56,191 nt of DNA from an uncultured Desulfobacterales bacterium (GTDB lineage Bacteria; Desulfobacterota; Dissulfuribacteria; Dissulfuribacterales; JAMONC01): the NCBI GenBank assembly GCA_964578585.1, contig CAZODM010000004.1, positions 1-56,191 on the forward strand, read 5' to 3'. Positions 47,913 through 56,191 of this stretch are shown in pieces. Position numbers and translations under genes: made by a program. A model generated the notes under the pieces. It had not been told where the DNA came from, did not search any database, and saw only the letters and a list, made by a program, of their open reading frames with translations. Position 1 is the first letter of the stretch. Every line of letters begins with the position of its first letter.

Positions 47913-47945
47913 AAAAAAAAACCTCCTTTCATATTAATAGGAGGC
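47913..47945 (-). terminator. Terminator-like hairpin sequestering the pyrB RBS (candidate attenuator)
   Basis: Minus strand GCCTCCT-ATTAATATGAA-AGGAGG-T9-GTC-ATG(pyrB). Confidence 0.65.
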
Positions 47946-48049
47946 ATGAATCTAAAAAATTTTTATGTATGTTTATTTTTAGATAAACCATAAGTTAATT
48001 AAACATGTATCATAATTACTAATTATTAGTCAAGAAAAGTATTATTACA

Positions 48050-48733
48050 TCAATGAATTACCATGCCAATCCTATTCCACCTGACATCAAATGTAATAGG
48101 ATTCCATGACCAATATATTAAAAATGCCTTTCCTAATACATTTTTTACAGGCACAAATCCCCAAAATCTACTATCATAACTCTCATCTCTATTGTCTCCC
48201 ATTACAAAAAGTTCACCTTTTGGGACCTTAACAGGTCCATAATTATCGCGTGGACTCATACTTGCTGGCAGTATTTTGGGATCAAGATGTATTACACCTG
48301 GAGGGTCATGAAATAATTTCCCATCTACATACACTTTTTTATTTATAATTTGAACAGTATCTCCTCCAAGTCCAATTACCCTTTTTATAAAATCTTTTGA
48401 CGGATCAAGTGGAAATATAAATACTATTACATCTCCTCTTTTTATCTTACCTCCTGGAATCCAAAGGGCACGAGTAAAAGGATTCCTAACCCCATAGGCA
48501 AATTTGTCTACTAATATATGATCACCAATAAGCAAGGTTTTTATCATTGAACCAGAGGGGATCTTAAAAGCCTGAACAATAAAAGTCCTTATAAAGAGGG
48601 CTAGAATAAGGGCTATAATAATAGCCTGAACATATTCCCAGACACTCTGTCTAAAGTCTTTTTTTGGTGGATCTGACTTTTTATTTTGGTTTGATCTTAA
48701 GCTCATGAACATGAAACAGGATAATAGACCCAA
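48050..48733 (-). CDS. lepB: Signal peptidase I
   Basis: IPSGSM, FIKRVIG, GDNRDESYDSR. Likely start at about 48705. Confidence 0.95.
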   Translation of the reverse strand: MGLLSCFMFMSLRSNQNKKSDPPKKDFRQSVWEYVQAIIIALILALFIRTFIVQAFKIPSGSMIKTLLIGDHILVDKFAYGVRNPFTRALWIPGGKIKRGDVIVFIFPLDPSKDFIKRVIGLGGDTVQIINKKVYVDGKLFHDPPGVIHLDPKILPASMSPRDNYGPVKVPKGELFVMGDNRDESYDSRFWGFVPVKNVLGKAFLIYWSWNPITFDVRWNRIGMVIH

Positions 48734-48782
48734 GCCTAGAGTTATGCAAGCCCTTTAAAGAAATATTTTATTAACCATAAAA

Positions 48783-50579
48783 CTAGACCTTTAATACACT
48801 TAAAAATGCCTCTTGAGGAATCTCTACCCTACCTACTTGTTTCATACGTTTTTTACCTTCTTTTTGCTTTTCAAGTAATTTCCTCTTACGGGTAATATCT
48901 CCACCATAACATTTAGCTGTAACATCCTTTCTAAGTGGAGCTATACGTTCTCTAGCAAGCACCTTAGAGCCAATAGCCGCCTGAATAACTACTTCATAAA
49001 GCTGTCTTGGAATAACCTTCCTTAACCGACTTACAAGCTCTCTACCTCTATAGTAAGCTTTATCTTTATGAACAATAATAGATAAGGCATCCACTGGTTG
49101 TTTATTTATAAGAACATCAAGTTTTACAAGTTTTGACTCTTTATATCCTAAAAATTCATAGTCCATAGAGGCATAACCACGACTAATTGATTTGAGTCTA
49201 TCATAAAAATCTAAGACAATTTCATTAAAAGGTATCTCATATATAAGCTGTACACGGTCTGTAGTGATATACCTCATATCTATTTGTTGCCCTCTTTTCT
49301 CATCACAAAGGGTCATAATACCACCAACATATTCCTTCGGAACATATATTTCCATTCTCACATAAGGCTCGGCAATCTTAGCTATCTTATCTGGACGAGG
49401 CATCTGTGCAGGATTTTGGATATATATTACACTTCCATCTGTTAAAATTACTTCATAAGAAACAGAAGGCGCTGTTGTTATAAGAGAAAGTCCATATTCA
49501 CGCTCAAGCCTCTCTTGTACAATTTCCATATGAAGAAGTCCTAAAAAACCACATCTAAATCCAAAACCAAGAGCTGCAGAGGTCTCTGGTTCATAAGTAA
49601 ATGCTGGATCGTTTAACCATAGTCTTTCAACTGCATCTTTTAGTTGGTCATATTGTGCAGATTCTACTGGATATAGACCGCAAAAGACCATTGCCTTTGC
49701 AGGCTTAAACCCTGGAAGAGGCTTCTGCGCAGGCCGTTGCGCATCTGTTATAGTATCTCCAATTTGTGTATCACGTACACTTTTAATACTAGCAGTTAAA
49801 AAACCAACCTCTCCTACACTTAGTTTGGAAGTCTCTAGGGTATGAGGAGTAAAAACCCCAACCTTAGATACCTCATAAACCTTACCAGTAGACATCATTT
49901 TGATCTTTTGCCCTAGATATATCTCACCATCTACCACCCTTATCATTGCAACAGTGCCTTGGTAATGATCAAACCAAGAATCAAATATTAGGGCTTTTAA
50001 AGGGGCATTGGGATCACCCTTAGGAGGAGGAATCCTCTTTACAATTGCCTCTAGGATTTCTTTAGTACCAATACCCTCTTTTGCACTAGCTAAGATAATA
50101 CCTTCTGTATCAAGCCCTATTATTTCTTCAATCTCTCTTTTTACCCTTTCAGGATCAGCACTTGGAAGATCAATCTTATTTAAGACAGGGATTATCTCCA
50201 GATCGTTTTCAATTGCAAGATAAACATTAGCAAGTGTTTGAGCCTCCACCCCTTGACTTGCATCAACAACTAAAAGCGCCCCCTCACAAGCTGCTAAGGA
50301 ACGAGAGACCTCATAAGAAAAATCTACATGGCCTGGAGTATCTATTAGATTTAGCTCATAAGTTTCTCCATCATCAGCTTTATATTTAAGACGCACAGTT
50401 TGGGCCTTTATAGTAATACCTCTCTCTCGCTCGATGTCCATTTTATCCAAGAACTGTTCCTTCATCTCTCTTTTTGAAACAGCTCCTGTAAATTCAAGAA
50501 TCCTATCTGCAAGAGTAGATTTACCATGGTCAATATGAGCAATTATAGAAAAATTTCTGATCTTTTTGGGATCTGTCAT
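48783..50579 (-). CDS. lepA: Translation elongation factor 4
   Basis: [42 protein letters not shown]. Confidence 0.98.
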   Translation of the reverse strand: MTDPKKIRNFSIIAHIDHGKSTLADRILEFTGAVSKREMKEQFLDKMDIERERGITIKAQTVRLKYKADDGETYELNLIDTPGHVDFSYEVSRSLAACEGALLVVDASQGVEAQTLANVYLAIENDLEIIPVLNKIDLPSADPERVKREIEEIIGLDTEGIILASAKEGIGTKEILEAIVKRIPPPKGDPNAPLKALIFDSWFDHYQGTVAMIRVVDGEIYLGQKIKMMSTGKVYEVSKVGVFTPHTLETSKLSVGEVGFLTASIKSVRDTQIGDTITDAQRPAQKPLPGFKPAKAMVFCGLYPVESAQYDQLKDAVERLWLNDPAFTYEPETSAALGFGFRCGFLGLLHMEIVQERLEREYGLSLITTAPSVSYEVILTDGSVIYIQNPAQMPRPDKIAKIAEPYVRMEIYVPKEYVGGIMTLCDEKRGQQIDMRYITTDRVQLIYEIPFNEIVLDFYDRLKSISRGYASMDYEFLGYKESKLVKLDVLINKQPVDALSIIVHKDKAYYRGRELVSRLRKVIPRQLYEVVIQAAIGSKVLARERIAPLRKDVTAKCYGGDITRKRKLLEKQKEGKKRMKQVGRVEIPQEAFLSVLKV

Positions 50580-50712
50580 ACTTTTTTATAAATGTACTCC
50601 TTTATTTGATATAAAAAACCGTTGTATGTGTAACGCAAAATATTAACTCTTTCAAACCCTTTCTTAAAAGCTAGCCATTTTTAGAAGATTATAGAATATC
50701 GCAGACAAAAGT

Positions 50713-50740
50713 TTAAGTGTCTCCAAGATCCTGCCGATTG
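50713..50740 (+). promoter_or_regulatory. Putative sigma28 promoter for the pilM operon
   Basis: TTAAG-N15-GCCGATTG about 60 nt upstream of pilM. Confidence 0.6.
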
Positions 50741-50801
50741 TATGGGTGAACTAAAAAAATAAATTTTAAAAAAATTAACTATATTCTTAAATGGAGCATT
50801 C

Positions 50802-51899
50802 ATGAAAATTTCTCTATTTGATCAAATAAAAAGGGCTCCAAAGTTAACTCTTGGATTAGATATAGGTTCTCATAGCATAAAACTAGTAGAATTAGTTAGA
50901 GACAAATCCTCTGATGGAGAAATTTCTTATACAATAAGAAAAGTAGGAAGAATCATTCTTCCAGAAGACACAGTTATAGACGGCTCTATAGTAGTCCAGG
51001 ATACTCTAAAAGACATTTTATTAAATTTAATAAAGAATCTAAAACCTAAGTATCGATATGCTGCTACTTCTATAGCTGGTTACTCAGTAATTGTAAAAAA
51101 GATAGGAGTACCATTTATAGATGAAAAAGAAATAGAAGAAAATCTAATTATAGAGGCTGAAAATTATGTACCTTTTGAAATAGAAGACGTATACGTAGAT
51201 TTTCATATTATAGGAACATCCTCAGATGAAAAAGAAAAACTAAGTTCAGAAATCTTTTTAGTTGCTGCCAAAAAAGAAGTTGTTGATGAATATGCCAATG
51301 TACTTCAAGAAGTTGGACTTGTCCCTGCAGTAGTAGATGTAGATGCATTTGCTCTAGGCAATGCATTTGAGGTTTCTTATGGGGATCCTGATGAAGCAGT
51401 TGTGTTAGTTGATATAGGTGCTAGCAAAACCAATTTAAATATCGTATTTCATGGTAACTCCCTATTTACTAGAGATATGGCAATAGGTGGTAACCAATTA
51501 ACTGAGGCTATAGCTGATGAATTAAATCTTACTCATAGTGAAGCTGAAATATTAAAGATTAAAGGAACTCAAGATCAAGACATATTTAACAGAGTACAAA
51601 ATATATGTAAAGACATTGCACAAATGTGGGTAGATGAAATTAAAAAAGCTATAGATTTTTATAAAAAAGGAAATGAAAATGAAGAAGCATATCCTAAACA
51701 TATAATCATTAGTGGTGGATGTGCTTTAATGAAAGATTTAGATAAATTCTTTAAAAAAGAATTAAATATTAATGTACAACAGTTTAATCCTTGGAAAACA
51801 ATAAAGATAGATAAACATATAAATCCAGAATACTTACAGTCTATAGCTCCTCAAATGGTTATAGCAACAGGATTAGCTTTAAGAACGGTGGATGTATGA
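50802..51899 (+). CDS. pilM: Type IV pilus assembly protein PilM
   Basis: GLDIGSHSIK, VDIGASKT, SGG, ATGLALR (actin-like fold). Confidence 0.93.
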   Translation: MKISLFDQIKRAPKLTLGLDIGSHSIKLVELVRDKSSDGEISYTIRKVGRIILPEDTVIDGSIVVQDTLKDILLNLIKNLKPKYRYAATSIAGYSVIVKKIGVPFIDEKEIEENLIIEAENYVPFEIEDVYVDFHIIGTSSDEKEKLSSEIFLVAAKKEVVDEYANVLQEVGLVPAVVDVDAFALGNAFEVSYGDPDEAVVLVDIGASKTNLNIVFHGNSLFTRDMAIGGNQLTEAIADELNLTHSEAEILKIKGTQDQDIFNRVQNICKDIAQMWVDEIKKAIDFYKKGNENEEAYPKHIIISGGCALMKDLDKFFKKELNINVQQFNPWKTIKIDKHINPEYLQSIAPQMVIATGLALRTVDV

Positions 51900-52471
51900 T
51901 TCGTATAAATTTACTACCAGTTAGAGAATGGCGCAAAAAGGAAGAAGTTAGACAACAGATATCTATCTATATTTTATCTATTATTCTTTTGTTATGTATA
52001 TTTTTAGGAATAAGTATTACAATACAAAAACAAATAGATTCTAAGCAGGAGAAATTAACTAATTTACAAACTAAAATAGTTAAATTAAAAAAAATAAAAG
52101 CTGATATTAATAAGATTAATATAGCTAAAAAACGTATTAAAGAGAGGTTTAATATTATAGAGAAATTACAAGCTAATAGACAGATAACTGTTAAACTATT
52201 AGATCAATTAGTTACGGCTATACCAATAGATAGACTATCATTAACACATATAACATTTAGAGATAAAATTCTTAGATTAAATGGTATAGCATTAGATAAT
52301 CACACAGTAGCATTATATATGAAAAGATTAGAAAATTTACCAACTTTTAAAACAGTAGAACTTATAAACACAAAAAGAAGAGCTATAAATGGTCATGATT
52401 TAATGGCATTTAGTTTAAAAGCAATTATTAAAACTAATTCTCCTAATTCTAAGCGGAAACGAAATAAATAA
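51896..52471 (+). CDS. pilN: Type IV pilus assembly protein PilN
   Basis: MIRINLLP motif, TM helix, coiled coil. Confidence 0.92.
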   Translation: MIRINLLPVREWRKKEEVRQQISIYILSIILLLCIFLGISITIQKQIDSKQEKLTNLQTKIVKLKKIKADINKINIAKKRIKERFNIIEKLQANRQITVKLLDQLVTAIPIDRLSLTHITFRDKILRLNGIALDNHTVALYMKRLENLPTFKTVELINTKRRAINGHDLMAFSLKAIIKTNSPNSKRKRNK

Positions 52472-52483
52472 AGGAGAATAAAT

Positions 52484-53218
52484 GTGAGGACACAACAACT
52501 ATCAATAAAAATTCCTCCTACTATATTTGAGTTTGTATATCAATTAGAATCATGGCAAAAGGTAACTATATTTGTAATATCTTTGATTATACCAATAGTA
52601 ATATTTTGGTTTTTATTCTTAGGACCTAAAATTAATCAGTTAAATACTCTTAATGAACGTATTCCACAATTAGAAAAACAAGTAAATATCTTAGAAACAA
52701 AAGCACAAAAATTACCATTAATAAAAGAAGAGTTAAAACTTATGCAAAAAATTCTAAAAAGAGCTTTACAATTGCTTCCAACTAAAAAGGATATTCCATC
52801 TGTATTAACTCAGATTTCCACTTTAGGGAATGAATGTCATTTAGAGTTTATATCATTTCAACCTAAAAAAGAAATTATAAAAGGTTTTTATGCAGCTATT
52901 CCAGTATCAATTGTAGTTCAAGGTCCATTCCACAATACCATAAGCTTTTTTGATAAGGTTACCAGAATGGCACGCATCGTACATATTGAATCAATTGATA
53001 TGGGTGGAGCCAAACAAAGCAAAGCAATATGGTCACAGACTGTTAATAGCATATCTAGTTCTAAAACAAGTAATAATACAAGTAATAATAAATCCACTTC
53101 AGATAAAAGTGTAGGTGGTAGTTGGATTATAAAGACTACATGTCAAGCTATAACTTATAGATTTTTAACTAAACAAGAGATAGCAAAACAGAAGAAAAAG
53201 AGACATCATAGAAGATGA
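52484..53218 (+). CDS. pilO: Type IV pilus assembly protein PilO
   Basis: TM, coiled coil, QLLPTKKDIP, FYAAIPV, RIVHI, ITYRF. Confidence 0.9.
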   Translation: MRTQQLSIKIPPTIFEFVYQLESWQKVTIFVISLIIPIVIFWFLFLGPKINQLNTLNERIPQLEKQVNILETKAQKLPLIKEELKLMQKILKRALQLLPTKKDIPSVLTQISTLGNECHLEFISFQPKKEIIKGFYAAIPVSIVVQGPFHNTISFFDKVTRMARIVHIESIDMGGAKQSKAIWSQTVNSISSSKTSNNTSNNKSTSDKSVGGSWIIKTTCQAITYRFLTKQEIAKQKKKRHHRR

Positions 53219-53244
53219 TAGAATAAAGAGGTAGGATTTAAAAT

Positions 53245-53823
53245 ATGAAAACGATACATATTAATAAATTACTATATTTGATTATTCTATTGTTGAGCTC
53301 TATAGTTATATTTAGTTGTAGTTATAATAACAAAATTAAAATAGTACCTCACAAAATTAACAAAATAAATATAAAAAAGGCTGCTGAAACTTCACCAGAA
53401 ATTGTAAAACTTAAGGCTAGATTAAAATCGCTAATAAATCCTCATTTATATGTATACAACCCTATAGGTAAAGTTGATCCTTTCCATCCATTTTGGGATG
53501 TTGGTATAGTTCAAGTAAAAACATCACCTATGGCCAAGAATAATAATAAAAGATGTCTTACTTCACTAGCATGTATGGATGTAGGACAATTAACATTAGT
53601 TGGTGTAATTCTACCTAAACACGGTAGACCACTAGCTATGGTACAAGATGCTGCTGGCTTAGGATATGTAGTACATATTGGCACAAGAGTGGGTACACAT
53701 AATGGAAGGGTATATAAAATATTACCTGATAGAATCATCATAAGAGAAAAAATTAAAAACTTAAATGGTAGATTTGTTTATAAAAATACTGTTATGCTCT
53801 TACATCCGGAGGGTGAACAATGA
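53245..53823 (+). CDS. pilP: Type IV pilus lipoprotein PilP
   Basis: Lipobox IFSC, YNPIGKVDPF, AMVQD, GTRVGTHNGRV. Confidence 0.88.
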   Translation: MKTIHINKLLYLIILLLSSIVIFSCSYNNKIKIVPHKINKINIKKAAETSPEIVKLKARLKSLINPHLYVYNPIGKVDPFHPFWDVGIVQVKTSPMAKNNNKRCLTSLACMDVGQLTLVGVILPKHGRPLAMVQDAAGLGYVVHIGTRVGTHNGRVYKILPDRIIIREKIKNLNGRFVYKNTVMLLHPEGEQ

Positions 53824-55112
53824 GAGTCTGTTTAAGGTACAGACATATATTTATTATGTTTATAATTATAAGCTTACAAGTCTTTATAACAACTAATAGT
53901 TTAGCTAGAGAAAAATATGCTAATAATATTAATAGTTGGATATCAGAATTAAAAACAAATATCTCTAAATCTAGACTACTAGTTATAAGTAGCAAAGTAA
54001 AACATAAAAAGACATTGAAAAATTCATACAAAAAATGGACTAATAGAATTAAATATAGAACCATTAAAAATTATACTATTAATAATCCATTTAATATATA
54101 TGGAAAAGCTACAAGGATAAGTGTAGATTTCTATAAAGCTGATTTACATAATGTATTTAGATTACTAGGGCAAGTAAGTGGAAAAAATATAGTTGTAGAT
54201 GAAGGAGTAAAAGGAACAATAACACTTTCGATGAAAAATGTGCCTTGGCCATTTGTATTACAAGTTATTGAGAACTTAAAAAATCTTCAATGTATTGAAA
54301 GATATAATACTCTTTTAATATATCCTAAAAATAAATCTATAGAATGGAATCCTGAAGGTGTAGAAGGAGCAACAGGGGAATTAATATTAGGCAATAATTC
54401 AGTATTTAATCATACATCTAATAATTTAATTATAACAAAAAAACTGATGCATACTGCTCTAGCGCCTAAAAGCTCTGAGGCCTTCTATCTTATTTCTAGA
54501 GCTGAATATGCCCAAGAAAAAGGCAACTATGAAGAGGCAAAAAGATATTTTGAAAAAGCATTTACCTTTTGGCCTGAAAATGCTCTACTTGCTGAAAAAA
54601 TAGCTGCGATTTGTCTAAGTAAATTACATGATAATTTGTATGCACTTAAATGGGCACAAAAAGCATTAAAGATAAACCCTTATAGTTCAGTAGCTGCTTC
54701 ATATGCTGCTATAGCATTAGCACGTATGGGAAAAAACAATGAAGCTAGAGCATATTTTGAGAGATCTCTTTTAGCTCATAATCCTCCACCTTCAGTATAT
54801 TATAACTATAGTATCTTTTTAGAAAAACAAAAAAACTATAGGCAAGCCTTAAGAATATTAAATAGATATGAGAACATAGCTGGTCCATCTGTATCTACTA
54901 TGCTTATAAAAGCACGAATTTATAATAAAATAGGACGTAAGAAAGCAGCAATAGATGAATATAGAGCTGTACTATTAGCTGGACCTGATGTAGATCAAAA
55001 TCTAAAAAAATTTGCTAAAGTTCAGATTAATAAAATAAAAAAAGAGTTGAATAAAAAATCTACAATTAAAACTAAAAAATTAAATAAGGGGGCAAAAGAA
55101 AATGTTCAATAG
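53820..55112 (+). CDS. PilQ N0/STN domain fused to TPR repeats (no secretin domain)
   Basis: ISVDFYKADLHNVFRLLGQVSGKNIVVDEGVKGTITLSMKNVPW (PilQ N0), then several TPR-like helical repeats. Confidence 0.8.
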   Translation: MRVCLRYRHIFIMFIIISLQVFITTNSLAREKYANNINSWISELKTNISKSRLLVISSKVKHKKTLKNSYKKWTNRIKYRTIKNYTINNPFNIYGKATRISVDFYKADLHNVFRLLGQVSGKNIVVDEGVKGTITLSMKNVPWPFVLQVIENLKNLQCIERYNTLLIYPKNKSIEWNPEGVEGATGELILGNNSVFNHTSNNLIITKKLMHTALAPKSSEAFYLISRAEYAQEKGNYEEAKRYFEKAFTFWPENALLAEKIAAICLSKLHDNLYALKWAQKALKINPYSSVAASYAAIALARMGKNNEARAYFERSLLAHNPPPSVYYNYSIFLEKQKNYRQALRILNRYENIAGPSVSTMLIKARIYNKIGRKKAAIDEYRAVLLAGPDVDQNLKKFAKVQINKIKKELNKKSTIKTKKLNKGAKENVQ

Positions 55113-56191
55113 TAGCAAGCTCCTCAATAAAGATAGGATATCAAGAAATTATATACTGCTATATTCAATAATTATAAGTATTATAATATCTTTATCTAGT
55201 TGTGCTAACCTAAATACAAAACCTAAAATTGTTAACAACTCCAAAAGTCATATAAATAAAACAAAAGAAATAAAGAAAGACCAAAATACTAATAATGATT
55301 TATTTTCTTTTTCTCAACTTTCAGATCTATCTTCCAATAATACAACTACTACATATACAAAATGGCAAGCTCAATATCAAATAAGTGATATCCAGCTAGC
55401 CGAAAGAAATAGTGGTAGGCCGAAAATTAAGGTAGGGGCTGATATAATAAGTAAAAATGGTCCGGTTACACTGTGTCAAGTTATCAAGACACTTGCTCAA
55501 TTAAAAGGAATGAATGTTAGTTGGGCTAGTGATGTAAATCAAAAAGCTTTAGTTGATGTAGATATAAAAGCTGACGATGATTTTTGGGATGCATTAGATA
55601 ATGTCCTAAGACAACTGGATTATTATTATATCTATAAAAATAACACGATTATTATAGGCTATAAAGAAACAAAAAGGTTTTATTTACCTATGCCATTTTT
55701 ATCCAGTACTTATAATAGTAGTGTAGGAGGAGATTTATTAGGTGGAGACCAAACAAATTCTGGTATTATGAAAGGTAATTTGTCTTTAAATTATACAGGT
55801 AAATCAATGGATATATGGGATGCTGTAGCGAAAAATTTAAATGAAATATTACAATTAGGTGTAACTCAAGGTGCAGAAGATACAAATTCTACTATGGTTA
55901 GTAAAAATAAAAAAAATCATAAGTCTTCTAAACGTGTAATCGTGTCTAAAAGTAATAATAGAGGATTTTTCTATACAATAGATAAGCCTCTGGGGATAAT
56001 TACTGTAACTGCACCAAGGTCTATATTAGAACAAGTAGCAGAATACATAAAGGCATTAAAGAAAGAATTATATAAAGAAGTTACCATAGAAGCAAAAATT
56101 ATAGAGGTCCAACTCAATAGAGATTCTCAAACAGGGATAGATTGGGCTAATTTATTATCAAATTCAGGAATATCTGGACATATATACTTTG
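55102..56191 (+). CDS. mshL: MshL-type lipoprotein secretin, 5' part (truncated by the window end; absent from the ORF track)
   Basis: Open from ATG 55102 (MFNSSKLL...); lipobox LSSC; YKETKRFYLP, SSVGGDLLG, DKPLGIITVTAP, VTIEAKIIEVQL, GIDW. Confidence 0.78.
   Translation, partial: MFNSSKLLNKDRISRNYILLYSIIISIIISLSSCANLNTKPKIVNNSKSHINKTKEIKKDQNTNNDLFSFSQLSDLSSNNTTTTYTKWQAQYQISDIQLAERNSGRPKIKVGADIISKNGPVTLCQVIKTLAQLKGMNVSWASDVNQKALVDVDIKADDDFWDALDNVLRQLDYYYIYKNNTIIIGYKETKRFYLPMPFLSSTYNSSVGGDLLGGDQTNSGIMKGNLSLNYTGKSMDIWDAVAKNLNEILQLGVTQGAEDTNSTMVSKNKKNHKSSKRVIVSKSNNRGFFYTIDKPLGIITVTAPRSILEQVAEYIKALKKELYKEVTIEAKIIEVQLNRDSQTGIDWANLLSNSGISGHIYF

Noticed and set aside
50580-50801. c-di-GMP (GEMM) riboswitch upstream of pilM
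   Set aside because: No GGCAAA...GAAA...ACGCAAAGC architecture; the GC-richer stretch is explained by the sigma28-like promoter.
1012-54064. Many short ORFs nested antisense in real genes (e.g. 1012-1233, 12166-12534, 18587-19057, 23986-24312, 30915-31340, 41522-41917, 53792-54064)
   Set aside because: Shadow frames of well-supported CDSs, with no RBS or recognisable motifs.
1-56191. CRISPR array, rRNA, prophage or defence system
   Set aside because: No regularly spaced direct repeats, cas genes, rRNA-like sequence or phage genes seen. The SNase lipoprotein and HrpA are ordinary cellular genes.

Overview
AT-rich bacterial chromosome segment, most consistent with an anaerobic, probably thermophilic Desulfobacterota (deltaproteobacterial) organism. 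This is inferred from gene content (DUF6178-like protein, napCMADGH-type cluster, HdrCB, DUF505-like protein), not from a database match. In order, the window holds: a c-di-GMP signalling trio (REC-SHOCT, REC-GAF-HD-GYP, degenerate histidine kinase); a mixed operon (DUF6178-like, CobI/CbiL, SNase, HDAC); a porin; an ANTAR regulator; purine salvage genes; and a nitrate-ammonification cluster (NapC-like tetraheme, octaheme Hao-like protein, porin, NapM-like, napADGH) with a convergent heme-c sensor kinase/OmpR pair. It continues with hrpA, pncB, a decayed IS3-family element, hdrCB, an atypical stressosome (Rsb) operon, pilRS-like genes, pyrBC, lepAB and a type IV pilus operon (pilMNOP, STN-TPR protein, MshL-type secretin cut by the window edge). 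Three tRNAs are present (Gln-CTG, Leu-TAA, Lys-CTT). The most unusual signals are: (1) a stressosome whose output kinase has Asp in place of the phospho-His and whose RsbR has a Cys-rich PAS domain and Glu at a conserved phospho-Thr; (2) four sigma28-like promoters, ahead of pilM, pilR, hdrC and the HD-GYP operon; (3) a PilQ N0 domain fused to TPRs and separate from an MshL-like secretin; (4) 11-bp-period OmpR-type boxes ahead of the hao-nap operon; (5) a candidate pyrL-like attenuator ahead of pyrB. No CRISPR array, integrase or rRNA was seen.
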